The translations under genes were made by a program, and so were the position numbers. The notes under the pieces are model-generated. The model was not told where the DNA came from and ran no database searches. It saw only the letters and a program-made list of their open reading frames with translations. A DNA stretch of 64,000 bases from Candidatus Latescibacterota bacterium. GTDB taxonomy: Bacteria; Latescibacterota; UBA2968; UBA8231. Positions 44,759 through 54,704 of the stretch are shown in pieces. Numbering within the stretch: position 1 is the stretch's first letter; every line of letters begins with the position of its first letter. Location: positions 4,928,001-4,992,000 of the forward strand of contig CBDETY010000003.1 in NCBI GenBank assembly GCA_965243025.1, in the 5' to 3' direction.

Positions 44759-45555
44759 GGTTTTCGCAGCAGCTCCATGGCCGCCTCCACGTCGGGAAGC
44801 AGGCAGGTGTAGCGGTCTCCCCTGGGGCCGGCCTGCCCGCGCACCAGGAACACCGGATGGGGGTGGGTGTCCAGGTCGACCCAGGCGGTGTCGGTGCTGC
44901 AGTAGCGGATCGTGTACCCCGCCCGCCGGCCCCGGCTGCGGTTCTCGTCGCTGCCGTGGAGAATGAAGGAGTCGTGGATCGACAGGCTGCCCGCGCTCAT
45001 CTCGAGCGTTACCGCCGACTCCTCCAGTTCCCTCGAGACCGGCACGCTCCTGTGAAGCATCTGGTCGGCGCCGGAATCCACCGTCTCCAGCTCTTTCCAG
45101 CCGCGGTGGGAGCCGGGGATGACCTTCATGGCGCTGTTGGCGGCATCGGCGTCGTCGACGGCGAGCCACAGGGTGATGACATCGGTGCCGTGCACGCTGG
45201 GCCAGTAGGTGTTGTCCTGGTGCCAGCCGACTTTCAACGGGCTGGCGGGCGGCTTGATGAAGACGCTGGAGAAGACGAGGATGAGATTGGGCCCCAGTAT
45301 CGATTCGATTGCGTCGAGAACGCGGGGATGGCGGCAGAGGTCGAGCCAGCGCAGGTCGCGGACATGGGGCTCGCCGACGTAGTCGCCCCGGTCCATGGAC
45401 CCGTTGCGGCCAGCGGGCGGCGGCAGCGGAGCGGCCAGCGCCTCGTCGAGCATGGCCCCCAGGCGCACGGTCTCTTCAGCGGACAGGACGCCGCGGAACA
45501 GGCAGTATCCCAGCTCGCCGAACCGCGCCGGGTCGGTGTTCAGATCGCTCGGCAT
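44755..45555 (-). CDS. PhyH-family dioxygenase
   Basis: WHQDNTYW, WLAVDD, IPGSH, LHGS..N.S..RR; AGGAG RBS. Confidence 0.9.
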   Translation of the reverse strand: MPSDLNTDPARFGELGYCLFRGVLSAEETVRLGAMLDEALAAPLPPPAGRNGSMDRGDYVGEPHVRDLRWLDLCRHPRVLDAIESILGPNLILVFSSVFIKPPASPLKVGWHQDNTYWPSVHGTDVITLWLAVDDADAANSAMKVIPGSHRGWKELETVDSGADQMLHRSVPVSRELEESAVTLEMSAGSLSIHDSFILHGSDENRSRGRRAGYTIRYCSTDTAWVDLDTHPHPVFLVRGQAGPRGDRYTCLLPDVEAAMELLRKP

Positions 45556-45571
45556 CTCCTCAACTGGCGCA

Positions 45572-46348
45572 TCACACGCAGCCGGGGTATTCCCTGCCCG
45601 CAAGCAGCGGGTAGTCCGGTTTTTCCGCAGGCGCCCCCGTCCATCGCGACCGGGCGGTCATGTAGTGGGTGGCCATGCCGCGCCGGAAGTGAGGCGTCCT
45701 GTTGGGCCCGGAGCGATGCAGGATGAGGGAGTGGTGGAAGGAGCAGCCGCCCGCCCTCATGGTGATCGGCTGTTCGCCGTTCGCGGATTTCGCCTCGTCG
45801 ATGGCGCTGTCCGGGATGCGCATGTCGAGGCGGCCCCCCACCTTCCAGGGCTCGCTGTGGTCGAGAGCCCCGTTCCTCTGGCTTCCGGGCACGACCCACA
45901 TGCAGCCGTTGTCGAGGGTGACGTCGTCGAGGGCAACCCAGGCGGTGACCAGGGCCATCGGCTCGATTTTGAAGTAGGGCGAGTCCTGATGGTAGGTCTT
46001 CTCGATCCCGCCTGGCGGTTTCACGAACAGCTGATCGCCATACAGCTTGAGGTCGGGTCCCAGCAGGGAGGCGACCGCCTCCAGCAAGGCGGGCTTGCGG
46101 GCGTGGTCGAGGAAGAAACCGTCGCTGGAACTGGGGTGGTTGATCTTGCGCAGGTTGAGAATGTCGCGTCCCTGATCTTCCGACCCGGGCTCGAACTCGA
46201 TCTTCCCGGGGGGAAAGTCGACGCGACCACAGGCGATCTCCTCGGTTCTCTGCCGAAGCGCCGACACCTCTTCGCCGGATATCATGTCCTCCACAACGAG
46301 GAAACCGTCTTCCTGGAAACGGGAAACCTGATCGGATGTAAGTTTCAT
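45572..46348 (-). CDS. PhyH-family dioxygenase
   Basis: FQEDGF, YHQDSPYF, NGCMWVVPGS, LHRSGPN. Confidence 0.9.
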   Translation of the reverse strand: MKLTSDQVSRFQEDGFLVVEDMISGEEVSALRQRTEEIACGRVDFPPGKIEFEPGSEDQGRDILNLRKINHPSSSDGFFLDHARKPALLEAVASLLGPDLKLYGDQLFVKPPGGIEKTYHQDSPYFKIEPMALVTAWVALDDVTLDNGCMWVVPGSQRNGALDHSEPWKVGGRLDMRIPDSAIDEAKSANGEQPITMRAGGCSFHHSLILHRSGPNRTPHFRRGMATHYMTARSRWTGAPAEKPDYPLLAGREYPGCV

Positions 46349-46464
46349 ATGTCGTCGCTCACGGGAATTGCCGCCAATCCGGCGTGCTGCATTCGCAGCT
46401 GGTTGCCGCATTGGGAGGCCTTGTCGGGTGGCCTATATTGTCGCCCTCGGAAAGGAGGTTAGCA

Positions 46465-46917
46465 ATGTCGGATGAAGTGCGGACAGGGAGTCCGGCCCCT
46501 GAATTCGAGCTGCCCGCCAGCACCGGGGGCACCTTCAACCTCGCCCGGCATCGCGGCCGCAAGGTCGTGTTGTTCTTCTATCCGAAAGACGATACCCCCG
46601 GGTGAACCCGGGAAGCGATCGGTTTCCGTGATGCGAAACCGCGATTCGACGCCCTCGACACGCTTCTGGTCGGCATCAGCCAGGACGATCTGACCAGCCA
46701 CGAATCCTTTATACAAAAGCACGACCTGAACGCGGTCCTGCTGGCGGACACGGACGGCTCCGTCTGTGCGGCGTACGGTGTCTGCACCGGCGGGAGTTTT
46801 CAGCGCTCGACCTTCGTCGTTGACGCGCGCGGCAACCTGGCGGCGGTCATGCGCGGCGTCGACCCGGTTGAGCACATTTCCGAAGTCGAGCTTTTCATCC
46901 GTGAGAACCTGCACTGA
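46465..46917 (+). CDS. bcp: BCP/PrxQ peroxiredoxin, probable selenoprotein (in-frame UGA at 46603-46605)
   Basis: AAGGAGG RBS; ..VVLFFYPKDDTPG-UGA-TREAIGFRD..VGIS.D...H..F..K..L..LLAD..YGV..RSTFVVD..H; frame stays open to TGA 46917; selC present in the window. Confidence 0.9.
46617..46646 (+). promoter_or_regulatory. Candidate SECIS hairpin
   Basis: CGGTTTC (46620-46626) pairs with GAAACCG (46635-46641); the G-containing loop lies about 22-29 nt after the UGA. Confidence 0.55.
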
Positions 46918-46958
46918 CCGCAGTCCCTGAGGACTTTCCCCCAAAGGGAGGAAACGGA

Positions 46959-48320
46959 ATGAATCTTAGTGACGATGCCGGCGGCGATGGCGGCGCCCGC
47001 GCCGGCCGGGCGCCGGTGCTGACTCGAAGGTCGCTGCTCCGCGGCGGGCTTGCCGGCCTGCTTGCGGCGCCCTGGGCGAACTTGCTGAGCGCCGCACCCG
47101 GACCGGCCGAGGCGGAGGACTATTCAGAAGGGGACCGGGCGCATACGGCCGGACTTCGGGAGGACGAGATCGTCCTCGGCATGTCCGCGGCGTTTTCCGG
47201 TCCATCCCGGGGGTTGGGCAGCGAGCTCTACCGGGGAGCGAGGGCCTACTTCAACCACGCCAACGCCAACGGCGGCGTCGGCGGCCGCAAGGTCGCACTC
47301 AAGCTTTACGACGACGGCTACCAACCCGACCCCTGCGTCCGCAACACCATGAAACTCATGCTCGAGGATCGCGTTTTCCTCCTGTTCGGTTACGTGGGCA
47401 CACCGACGGTGACCCGGGTGCTGCCCCTTTTGAAGAAGTTTCAGGACGAGCTGGTCTACCTGTTCTTTCCCTTCACCGGGGCCCAACCCCAGCGGGAGCC
47501 CCCATACGGCGACTTCGCCTTCAATCTGCGGGCGTCCTACCGCCAGGAGACGGCCGGGCTCGTCGACAACTTCGTGCGGGTCGGCAGGAAACGGATCGCC
47601 GTGTTCTATCAGGCCGACGCCTACGGGCGCAGCGGCTGGGCCGGAGTCCGGGGGGCCCTGGAGGCCCACGGCGAGCGGCTTGTCGGCGAGGCGACCTACC
47701 GCCGCGGACAGAGGTTCACCGGCAGCATGAGACGGCAGGTGGAGATACTGCAGGCAGCTTCACCGGAAGCGGTGATCTGCATCGGTTCGTACGCCGCGTG
47801 CGCCGCCTTCGCTCGCGACGCCGTCGACCTCGGCCTCCGGGTTCCGATAGCCAACCTCTCCTTCGTCGGGAGCGAGAACCTCCTTCAGCTGCTCAGCGAG
47901 GGCCGTGAGGATGCCGGGGAATACACCCGCTTCCTGGTCAATTCCCAGGTGGTTCCCAGCTACGAGGATACTTCCATTCCGGCGGTACGCGAGTACCGCG
48001 AGCTGATGGCCCGCCACGATCCCGAAGTCCCCGGGGAGCTTGTACGGGAACCCTACAGCCCCTTTCCGCAGAGCTTCGTCAGTCTGGAGGGGTTCCTCGA
48101 CGCCAAGCTGATGACGGAGATTCTGCGGCGCCTGGGGGAAAACCCCGACAGGGCCGGGCTGGAAGAAGCGGTTTTCTCGGTGCGGGACTTCGATCTCGGG
48201 ATCGGCGAGAAGGTCTCTTTCGGGCCCGCCCGGCGGCAGGGACTCCAGACCGTCTACTACACCGTCGTCCAGGACGGCCGTTTCGTGACCCTGGACGACT
48301 GGCAGACCTGGCTGGGTTGA
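46959..48320 (+). CDS. Type I periplasmic (LivJ-like) solute-binding protein, Tat-exported
   Basis: TRRSLL twin-Arg signal, LGMSAAFSGP, GGVGGRK..DDGYQP, GYVGTPT, NLRASY. Confidence 0.88.
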   Translation: MNLSDDAGGDGGARAGRAPVLTRRSLLRGGLAGLLAAPWANLLSAAPGPAEAEDYSEGDRAHTAGLREDEIVLGMSAAFSGPSRGLGSELYRGARAYFNHANANGGVGGRKVALKLYDDGYQPDPCVRNTMKLMLEDRVFLLFGYVGTPTVTRVLPLLKKFQDELVYLFFPFTGAQPQREPPYGDFAFNLRASYRQETAGLVDNFVRVGRKRIAVFYQADAYGRSGWAGVRGALEAHGERLVGEATYRRGQRFTGSMRRQVEILQAASPEAVICIGSYAACAAFARDAVDLGLRVPIANLSFVGSENLLQLLSEGREDAGEYTRFLVNSQVVPSYEDTSIPAVREYRELMARHDPEVPGELVREPYSPFPQSFVSLEGFLDAKLMTEILRRLGENPDRAGLEEAVFSVRDFDLGIGEKVSFGPARRQGLQTVYYTVVQDGRFVTLDDWQTWLG

Positions 48321-48322
48321 CG

Positions 48323-49066
48323 ATGAAAATTCAGAAACTCTTCCAGAAAACGCGCTTCGGGATCTTCGCGCTATTCGGGCTGATCGTCCTGTCGACCTCC
48401 AGCCTTTGCATCTACACCGTCGACACCCAGCTGTCCGCGGAGTACGAGGCCAACTGCAGGAACATCGCCAAGAGCATCGCCGACTCGAGCGTGGACATAC
48501 TCCTGAACCGCAACCTGGCGACCCTGCAGTCGCTGATCGACCAGTTCGTCGAGATCCAGGGAATCCGCTACATATACATCACCAGCGAATCGGGCGAGTA
48601 CCTGGCGCATACCTTCGTGCCCGGCATCCCCGAGGAAATCCTCGCGAGCGATCCGTCCAGCACCGAGCCGGTCGAACGGAACATTCCGGGAATGGGTGAT
48701 TTCATGGAAGTCGGCAGCCCGATCCTGGCCGGGGTCGCCGGCACGGTGCACGTGGGCATGGATCTCGACATCGTCGCCCTCAAGATTCAGCGGGCAATCG
48801 GCCAGCAGGTAATCCTCATCTGCATCTTCCTCGTCGTCGGAGTCCTCGCTTCGATCTGGTTCGTCAACCTGGCCGCCAAGCCCCTGGGTGGATTGCTCGC
48901 TTACGCCGTCGAGCTTTCCGGAGGCAGTGCGGAGGAAAAGGCGCCGGAGGGAGAGCTGCTCGCCCGCGAGGACGAGGTCGGGGATCTGGCCCGGCTCTTC
49001 CGCCACGTTTCCGGACGATCCCCCGGCCCGGAAGAGCCGGACGAGCTTTCGGAAAGGGCCGGTTAG
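48323..49066 (+). CDS. Membrane sensor-like protein (TM, extracytoplasmic domain, TM, HAMP) with no output domain
   Basis: Two TM segments, LAHTF..P, VHVGMD, KPL...DEVGDLARLF HAMP helix, then stop. Confidence 0.75.
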   Translation: MKIQKLFQKTRFGIFALFGLIVLSTSSLCIYTVDTQLSAEYEANCRNIAKSIADSSVDILLNRNLATLQSLIDQFVEIQGIRYIYITSESGEYLAHTFVPGIPEEILASDPSSTEPVERNIPGMGDFMEVGSPILAGVAGTVHVGMDLDIVALKIQRAIGQQVILICIFLVVGVLASIWFVNLAAKPLGGLLAYAVELSGGSAEEKAPEGELLAREDEVGDLARLFRHVSGRSPGPEEPDELSERAG

Positions 49067-49082
49067 TCAAGGAGGCGGGCGG

Positions 49083-50387
49083 GTGCGAATTCCGCGAAGC
49101 GCCATCGCGCTCTTCTGCACGGTTCTGCAGGTCTGCTTCGGAACGGTGTACGCGTGGAGTTTTTTCCAGACGATACTGGTACGTCAGGTCGGCTGGACCC
49201 ACACCGAGACAGCCTGGGCTTTCAGTATCGCCATCTTCTCCCTTGGAGTATCAGCGGCCTGGGCGGGAAACATGCTTCCCCGGTTGGGGCCGAAGTGGCT
49301 CGCCCTGGCCGGCAGCATACTGTTCTCGGGCGGGTACCTGATTGCCGCCGGGGCCCTTCACCTGGGGTCCGTACCGTTCTTCTACCTGGGTTACGGGGTG
49401 ATCGGCGGAGCGGGAATCGGCCTGGGATACGTGACGCCGGTCGCCACCGTGGCGAAGTGGTTCCCCGACCGCAAGGGACTGGCCACCGGCATCGTGGTGA
49501 TGGGCTTCGGGGTGGGAGCCTTCCTTCTCAGCAAGGGGTTGGCCCCGTTTCTGATCCTGCGCACAGCAGGAGACCTTCCGCTCGTGTTCATGTGGCTCGG
49601 GATCGTGTTCGCCTGCATCCTGATTCCCAGCAGCCTCGCCCTGAGCGACCCCCCTGCAGGTTCCGTTCCCCAGGCCGGCGGCACGGACGAGCCCCCCGGG
49701 TTCGCGGAGCCGGAGTCCTCCAGTCCCTACCTGCGCACAACGCAGTTCGCCATCATGTGGATCGTCTTCTTCTTCAACATCGCCGCGGGGATCTCGGTGA
49801 TCAGCTTCCAGTCCGAGCTGCTTCAGGAAATCTGGGGACTGGCGGATACCTCGATCGAGCCCACCACTCTTGCCGAGTACGGCGCGACGCTCATCGCGGT
49901 CAGCTCGATCTGCAACGGCCTGGGGCGTCTCTTCTGGGGGTTGCTTTCCGACCGCTTCGGCAGGGCAATGGTTTTCCGGGTACTGCTGGCCAGCCAGATG
50001 CTCGTCTTCGGGATTCTCATGACGGAAACCAACCCCTGGGTTTTTTCCGTGCTGGTCTGCTACGTGCTGCTATGTTTCGGGGGCGGCTTCGCCACCATGC
50101 CACCTTTCGTTCTCGACGTGTTCGGAACGAAAAAGATGTCGACGATCTACGGCGCGGTTCTGACGGCGTGGGCTGCCGCCGGGATCTTCGGGCCGTTGTA
50201 CGTAGGGTATTTGAAGGACGTGTATCCCGACAGAGCCGTCATGTACTGCTTCCTCATCGGAATCCTCATGCTCGGCGCCGGGTACCTGTTCTCCTACCTG
50301 CTGAACGATCAACGGATTCGCCTGGGCAAACCGACCCTGGAAAGCACCCTTCACCGCTACGGTATTCCGGCCGCGGCGAGGGGCTGA
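49083..50387 (+). CDS. OFA-family MFS transporter
   Basis: GTVYAWS, GIGLGYVTPVATVAKWFPDRKGLATG, NGLGRLFWG.LSDRFGR, GGGFA.MP. Confidence 0.92.
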   Translation: MRIPRSAIALFCTVLQVCFGTVYAWSFFQTILVRQVGWTHTETAWAFSIAIFSLGVSAAWAGNMLPRLGPKWLALAGSILFSGGYLIAAGALHLGSVPFFYLGYGVIGGAGIGLGYVTPVATVAKWFPDRKGLATGIVVMGFGVGAFLLSKGLAPFLILRTAGDLPLVFMWLGIVFACILIPSSLALSDPPAGSVPQAGGTDEPPGFAEPESSSPYLRTTQFAIMWIVFFFNIAAGISVISFQSELLQEIWGLADTSIEPTTLAEYGATLIAVSSICNGLGRLFWGLLSDRFGRAMVFRVLLASQMLVFGILMTETNPWVFSVLVCYVLLCFGGGFATMPPFVLDVFGTKKMSTIYGAVLTAWAAAGIFGPLYVGYLKDVYPDRAVMYCFLIGILMLGAGYLFSYLLNDQRIRLGKPTLESTLHRYGIPAAARG

Positions 50388-50441
50388 CACGAGGGCGAGG
50401 GGTCGGGGACGGCAGGCAGGAAGCCATTGGCCCTGACCAAG

Positions 50442-50470
50442 TTGACAGACTCAGGGCAAGCCTGTATAAA
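50442..50470 (+). promoter_or_regulatory. Sigma-70 promoter for the squalene synthase-ispH pair
   Basis: TTGACA-17 nt-TATAAA, about 50 nt upstream of ATG 50518. Confidence 0.7.
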
Positions 50471-50517
50471 TTCCCACAGAACGCGAACTGAATCCGAAAA
50501 GCAGAAACAGGGTCGAG

Positions 50518-51642
50518 ATGACGGGGTCCTGCTCGACAACGGCGATGAACGGCGATTTCGTCTACCAGACGGACATCCTGCAAGGAGTGTCCCGAACCTT
50601 TGCCCTGACGATTCCGCAGCTTCCCGGCCCGCTGCGCGACGTGGTCGGCAACGCCTATCTCCTGTGCCGGATCACCGACACCATCGAAGACGAGCCGTCG
50701 CTGTCCCCGGTTCAGAAGCAGGCCTTCTCCGGACGCTTTGTCGAGGTCGTTGCCGGCAGGGAGGATCCCGGGCCTTTCGCCAGCGAGCTCGGCGCCTTGC
50801 TGTCCTCTTCGACCACCGAAAACGAACGTGACCTGATCGCCAACACCGCCCGGGTGATCCGCATCACCCACGGGTTTCGCCCGGCCCAGAGAAGCGCCCT
50901 GGAACGCTGCGTAAGGATCATGTCCCGGGGGATGGCGGAGTTTCAGCTGAACGCAACCCCGGACGGCCTGCAGGACCTTCCGCATCTCGACCGTTACTGC
51001 TATCACGTCGCCGGGGTGGTCGGCGAGATGCTCACCGAACTGTTCTGCGAATACTCCGAGGAGGTCGCCGAACGCCGCGAAGAGCTGCTGTCCCTCGCGG
51101 TTTCCTTCGGACAGGGGCTGCAGATGACCAACATCCTCAAGGATGTATGGGACGACCGGCGCCGGGGAGCCTGCTGGCTGCCCCGCGACATCTTCCTCGA
51201 GGCCGGTTTCGACCTGAGTACCCTGCCGGGGGGGCAGGGAAATCCCGGTTTCGCCGCAGGGCTGCTGGAACTGGTGGGGATCGCCCGGCAGCACCTGGCG
51301 AACGCCTTGCGGTTCACGCTGCTGATCCCGAACCGCGAAACCGGCATCCGCCGTCACTGCCTCTGGGCGTTGGGGATGGCAGTGCTTACCCTGCGCCGGA
51401 TTCACTCGAACCCGTCGTTCAGGGACGGACAGGAAGTCAAGATTTCACGAAAGAGCGTGTGGGCGGTCGCTGTCGTCACCAGCGCAGTCGTGCGTTGGAA
51501 CACCGTTCTCGAGTTTCTCTTCAAGGTGTTGACTCGAGGCCTGCCCGGCGCCGGTGAAAAAAGGCGGATCGGGGGAAAGCACGTACCTTATTCCGACAGC
51601 CGCGAAGGCAGTAGTCTGAAGAGCGTACCGGGTCAGCCATGA
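50518..51642 (+). CDS. Squalene/phytoene synthase family protein, single-enzyme squalene synthase type
   Basis: VSRTFAL flap, [29 protein letters not shown]. Confidence 0.9.
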   Translation: MTGSCSTTAMNGDFVYQTDILQGVSRTFALTIPQLPGPLRDVVGNAYLLCRITDTIEDEPSLSPVQKQAFSGRFVEVVAGREDPGPFASELGALLSSSTTENERDLIANTARVIRITHGFRPAQRSALERCVRIMSRGMAEFQLNATPDGLQDLPHLDRYCYHVAGVVGEMLTELFCEYSEEVAERREELLSLAVSFGQGLQMTNILKDVWDDRRRGACWLPRDIFLEAGFDLSTLPGGQGNPGFAAGLLELVGIARQHLANALRFTLLIPNRETGIRRHCLWALGMAVLTLRRIHSNPSFRDGQEVKISRKSVWAVAVVTSAVVRWNTVLEFLFKVLTRGLPGAGEKRRIGGKHVPYSDSREGSSLKSVPGQP

Positions 51643-52598
51643 AAGAGGGAAAGATGCGAGTCATACTAGCTCAACCGCGCGGGTTTTGCGCCGGCGTTGA
51701 ACGCGCGATCGAGATCGTCGAAGCGGCGCTGAAACAGTACGGCCCCCCGATTTACGTGCGCCATGAAATCGTCCACAATCCGCGAGTCGTGGAGAACCTC
51801 AAAGCGAAGGGCGTGCGGTTCGTCGAACAGATTGACCAGATCCCCAACGGGGCAATCACCGTGTTCAGCGCCCACGGGGTATCGGAGAAGGTCGAGCAGG
51901 ACGCATCGGTGCGGGGCCTGCGGCCGCTCGATGCCACCTGCCCCCTGGTCTCCAAGGTGCACAAAGAGGGCCAGCGCTACTCTGCCAAAGGGTACGACAT
52001 CATTCTCATCGGTCACGAGGACCACCCCGAGGTCGAAGGCACCATGGGCCAGATACCGGGGCCGGTGCTGTTGGTCAGTGACGTGGAGGGAGTGGAAGCA
52101 CTCGAGGTCCGCGATCCGGAGAAGGTCGCCTACATCACCCAGACCACCCTTTCCGTCGACGATACCCGGGAAGTCATCTCGGCCCTGAGGCGGCGGTTCC
52201 CCGACATCGTCGGACCGGACGTCAAGGATATCTGCTACGCGACCCAGAACCGGCAGGCGGCGGTGCGCGCCCTCGCCGAAGAGGTGGACCTGGTGCTGGT
52301 GGTGGGTGCGCAGAACAGCTCCAACTCGAACCGCTTGTGCGAAGTCAGCAACGACAGCGGTGTTCCGAGCTACCTGATCGAGGATCCGTCGAAAATCGAT
52401 CCCCAATGGCTGCAGGGGAAGGAATGTATCGGCATTACCGCCGGAGCCTCGACCCCCGAGGAACTGGTGCACGAGCTGATCGAGCAGCTGCGGGAGTACG
52501 CCGACCTCGAAATCTCGACGATGGAAGGAATTGTCGAGAACGTTCGCTTCAGCCTGCCGGCCGGCCTGGAAGAGGCTGCCGTGCCCGAACAGGCGTGA
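51639..52598 (+). CDS. ispH: 4-hydroxy-3-methylbut-2-enyl diphosphate reductase
   Basis: [43 protein letters not shown]. Confidence 0.97.
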   Translation: MKEGKMRVILAQPRGFCAGVERAIEIVEAALKQYGPPIYVRHEIVHNPRVVENLKAKGVRFVEQIDQIPNGAITVFSAHGVSEKVEQDASVRGLRPLDATCPLVSKVHKEGQRYSAKGYDIILIGHEDHPEVEGTMGQIPGPVLLVSDVEGVEALEVRDPEKVAYITQTTLSVDDTREVISALRRRFPDIVGPDVKDICYATQNRQAAVRALAEEVDLVLVVGAQNSSNSNRLCEVSNDSGVPSYLIEDPSKIDPQWLQGKECIGITAGASTPEELVHELIEQLREYADLEISTMEGIVENVRFSLPAGLEEAAVPEQA

Positions 52599-52611
52599 CG
52601 GAGCGCGGCCG

Positions 52612-53880
52612 CTAGAAGTTGTAAGTCAGCCCGAGGTCAGCGAAGCTGTCCCGTCTTGTCCAGTAGTTGAAGAGGTCTTCCTCGTCGGTGCTGAGGAGCC
52701 AGATGGTCTCCAGCTGCAGGGACCACCTGTCGGACAGCCGCCTGGCAAACTCAACAGCCATTGCGCGGGTAGCGCGTTCCACGTCCCCCAGAATACTGGC
52801 TACGATCTCCGTACCCTGAACATCGTTGAGCGCAAGACGAGAGGCGAAGAAGAGGTCGTTCTCGAGCGTATTGGGTGAGCGGCCCGGGGTCGCGTCGGGG
52901 CCGCGTCCATCGTAACTCCATTCCCCCAGCAGGCTGAGATCGGCAGCGGAGCCCAGCGCGGAATAGAAGGTGTATTCCCCGCCGAGAACGGAGCCGACGT
53001 AACCCTCTTCCCTGCCGGACAGGTTCCGGGCGCCGGCGCGGTGAATACCCTCCAGCTTTAACAACCAGGAGCCTGCGGTCAGCTGGGCGTCTATTCCCAC
53101 CTGGCGGATCTGCGCGTAGGACTGAACCAGGGCCTCGCGGCCCAGGTCTATTTCCAGAGAAGGCTCCCGGCTGGTGCCCTGGAAATAGCTCAATCCGAAG
53201 TCGATGGACCGGAAACTGTGGCTGTAGCGGGCGGCGAGATCGAGGTGTCGCTCGCCGGCGCCGCTTTCGTATTCGACACGCTCGTCATCGACGACGAGCG
53301 GGAGACGCAAGCGGCCGGCCCCGCCCGGAAAGGTGCGCGCGCGGTGCCAGGGCAGTCCGAACAGTTCCAGCGCCCCCCAGTTTGCGGACCAGGTGAAATG
53401 GACCATGGGTTGCCCGAGCCTGGCCTCCCCGGCCGGGTGTTCGACCAAATCGACCTGGTTGACGATATCGACCAGGTGCTGCGATTCGGCGACTCCCCAG
53501 AATACCCGGGCGACGCCGGCGCGCAGCTCCCATTCCCCCTCCCCGATTTCTCCGAACAGCAGCAGGTAGGCTTCGCGCAGATCCGCACGGGTGCGGCGTG
53601 GGTCGGTGTTGTCGTAGCGCAGGAACGGGGCCAGAGTCAGGCTTCGTCCCCCCGAGTCCTCGAGGTAAAGCCTGGGGGAGGCGGCAAACCCGCTCGCATG
53701 CCCGCCCTGGCCTTCATGAAGGGCAGTTTCGGGGAACCACCGGGTTTCGATGCTCGAGCGTCCGGAAATCCGGTGATGATCCACACCGATGCCGGCATTC
53801 GCAACGGCGGCGAGGAGCGGTGTCAGAACCCAGGCCGCCCCGGCAGGGATGCGCCACAGACCGGCGCGGAGCAGCATCAA
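52612..53880 (-). CDS. Putative outer-membrane beta-barrel protein
   Basis: Signal peptide, DLREAY, VFWGVAES..VDIVNQ, C-terminal LTYNF beta-signal-like end. Confidence 0.75.
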   Translation of the reverse strand: MMLLRAGLWRIPAGAAWVLTPLLAAVANAGIGVDHHRISGRSSIETRWFPETALHEGQGGHASGFAASPRLYLEDSGGRSLTLAPFLRYDNTDPRRTRADLREAYLLLFGEIGEGEWELRAGVARVFWGVAESQHLVDIVNQVDLVEHPAGEARLGQPMVHFTWSANWGALELFGLPWHRARTFPGGAGRLRLPLVVDDERVEYESGAGERHLDLAARYSHSFRSIDFGLSYFQGTSREPSLEIDLGREALVQSYAQIRQVGIDAQLTAGSWLLKLEGIHRAGARNLSGREEGYVGSVLGGEYTFYSALGSAADLSLLGEWSYDGRGPDATPGRSPNTLENDLFFASRLALNDVQGTEIVASILGDVERATRAMAVEFARRLSDRWSLQLETIWLLSTDEEDLFNYWTRRDSFADLGLTYNF

Positions 53881-54704
53881 CGGGCCCGTCTGAGCCCGGT
53901 CCGGGAGAAGTCGCGGTCGTCGAGGTCGGTCCGGAACTGGAAGTCCGTCCAGCTGAGAACGGTGCTTTTCCCGGTCAAATGGTTTTCCATTTTCATCTCG
54001 CCGGCGCGCCAGTAGCGGTCCAGGTACTGCCCGTAGTTCCCCAGGGTGAGCGTCTTGAGGTGGGCGTCCTTGCGGTCGTAGTACTCCACCTTCCAGACGC
54101 GAAGCTCATCCCTGTCGCGCCATACCACCTGGCGCTTGTAGCCCGATTTCCTGTCGCCGGGATAGCGCTCGGAGACCGTGCAGGTCAACTCCCCGCAGGC
54201 CTCTTCGCGCAGGTACCGGTAAGTGAACTTCTCGACCTCCTGGGCGGTCATGTCTTCATAGGCGAACTCACTGCCCATGAAGGAACCGGACCGGTTCGAA
54301 GAGCTGATGCGCTTTACCCGGTTCAGCGCGGGAAGGTACAGCCATTGATCGTCGGCGCCTTCCCTTTTGGCGTGTACCAGCAAGGCGGTCCCCTGGATGT
54401 CGCGAGGCTCGTCGAACACGAACAGGCTCTTGTCGCCGTCTCCCGGTACTTCGAGAACCTTGACCCGGAGCTGACGCCGGCTCTCCTGCCCGTGCTTGTT
54501 GCGCAGGACCATGGTCTGGCGGGCGGTGAAGTTGCCGAAACCTTCTTCCCGGGCACGGGAATCGCGGGCGATCTGCAGCCCGGCCGCTTCGGCGGTGGGA
54601 TTTTGGGAATGAACGGGTACCGATAAACCAAGGCTGCCCGGAACGGCCAGGCAGAACGCCAGGAAACGGGCCGCTGGCAGCAGGGGGAAATCAGAGAGAT
54701 TCAT
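53877..54704 (-). CDS. LolA-like 'outer membrane lipoprotein-sorting' periplasmic protein
   Basis: Signal peptide, DDQWLYLPALNRVKRI, SFMGSEFAYED, YYDRK..HLKTL; ATGA overlap with the MMPL gene. Confidence 0.88.
   Translation of the reverse strand: MNLSDFPLLPAARFLAFCLAVPGSLGLSVPVHSQNPTAEAAGLQIARDSRAREEGFGNFTARQTMVLRNKHGQESRRQLRVKVLEVPGDGDKSLFVFDEPRDIQGTALLVHAKREGADDQWLYLPALNRVKRISSSNRSGSFMGSEFAYEDMTAQEVEKFTYRYLREEACGELTCTVSERYPGDRKSGYKRQVVWRDRDELRVWKVEYYDRKDAHLKTLTLGNYGQYLDRYWRAGEMKMENHLTGKSTVLSWTDFQFRTDLDDRDFSRTGLRRAR

Noticed and set aside
46384-46917. Peroxiredoxin as a nonsense pseudogene or a 73-aa ORF
   Set aside because: The stop is UGA exactly at the catalytic Cys, the downstream frame is intact, and selC is present.
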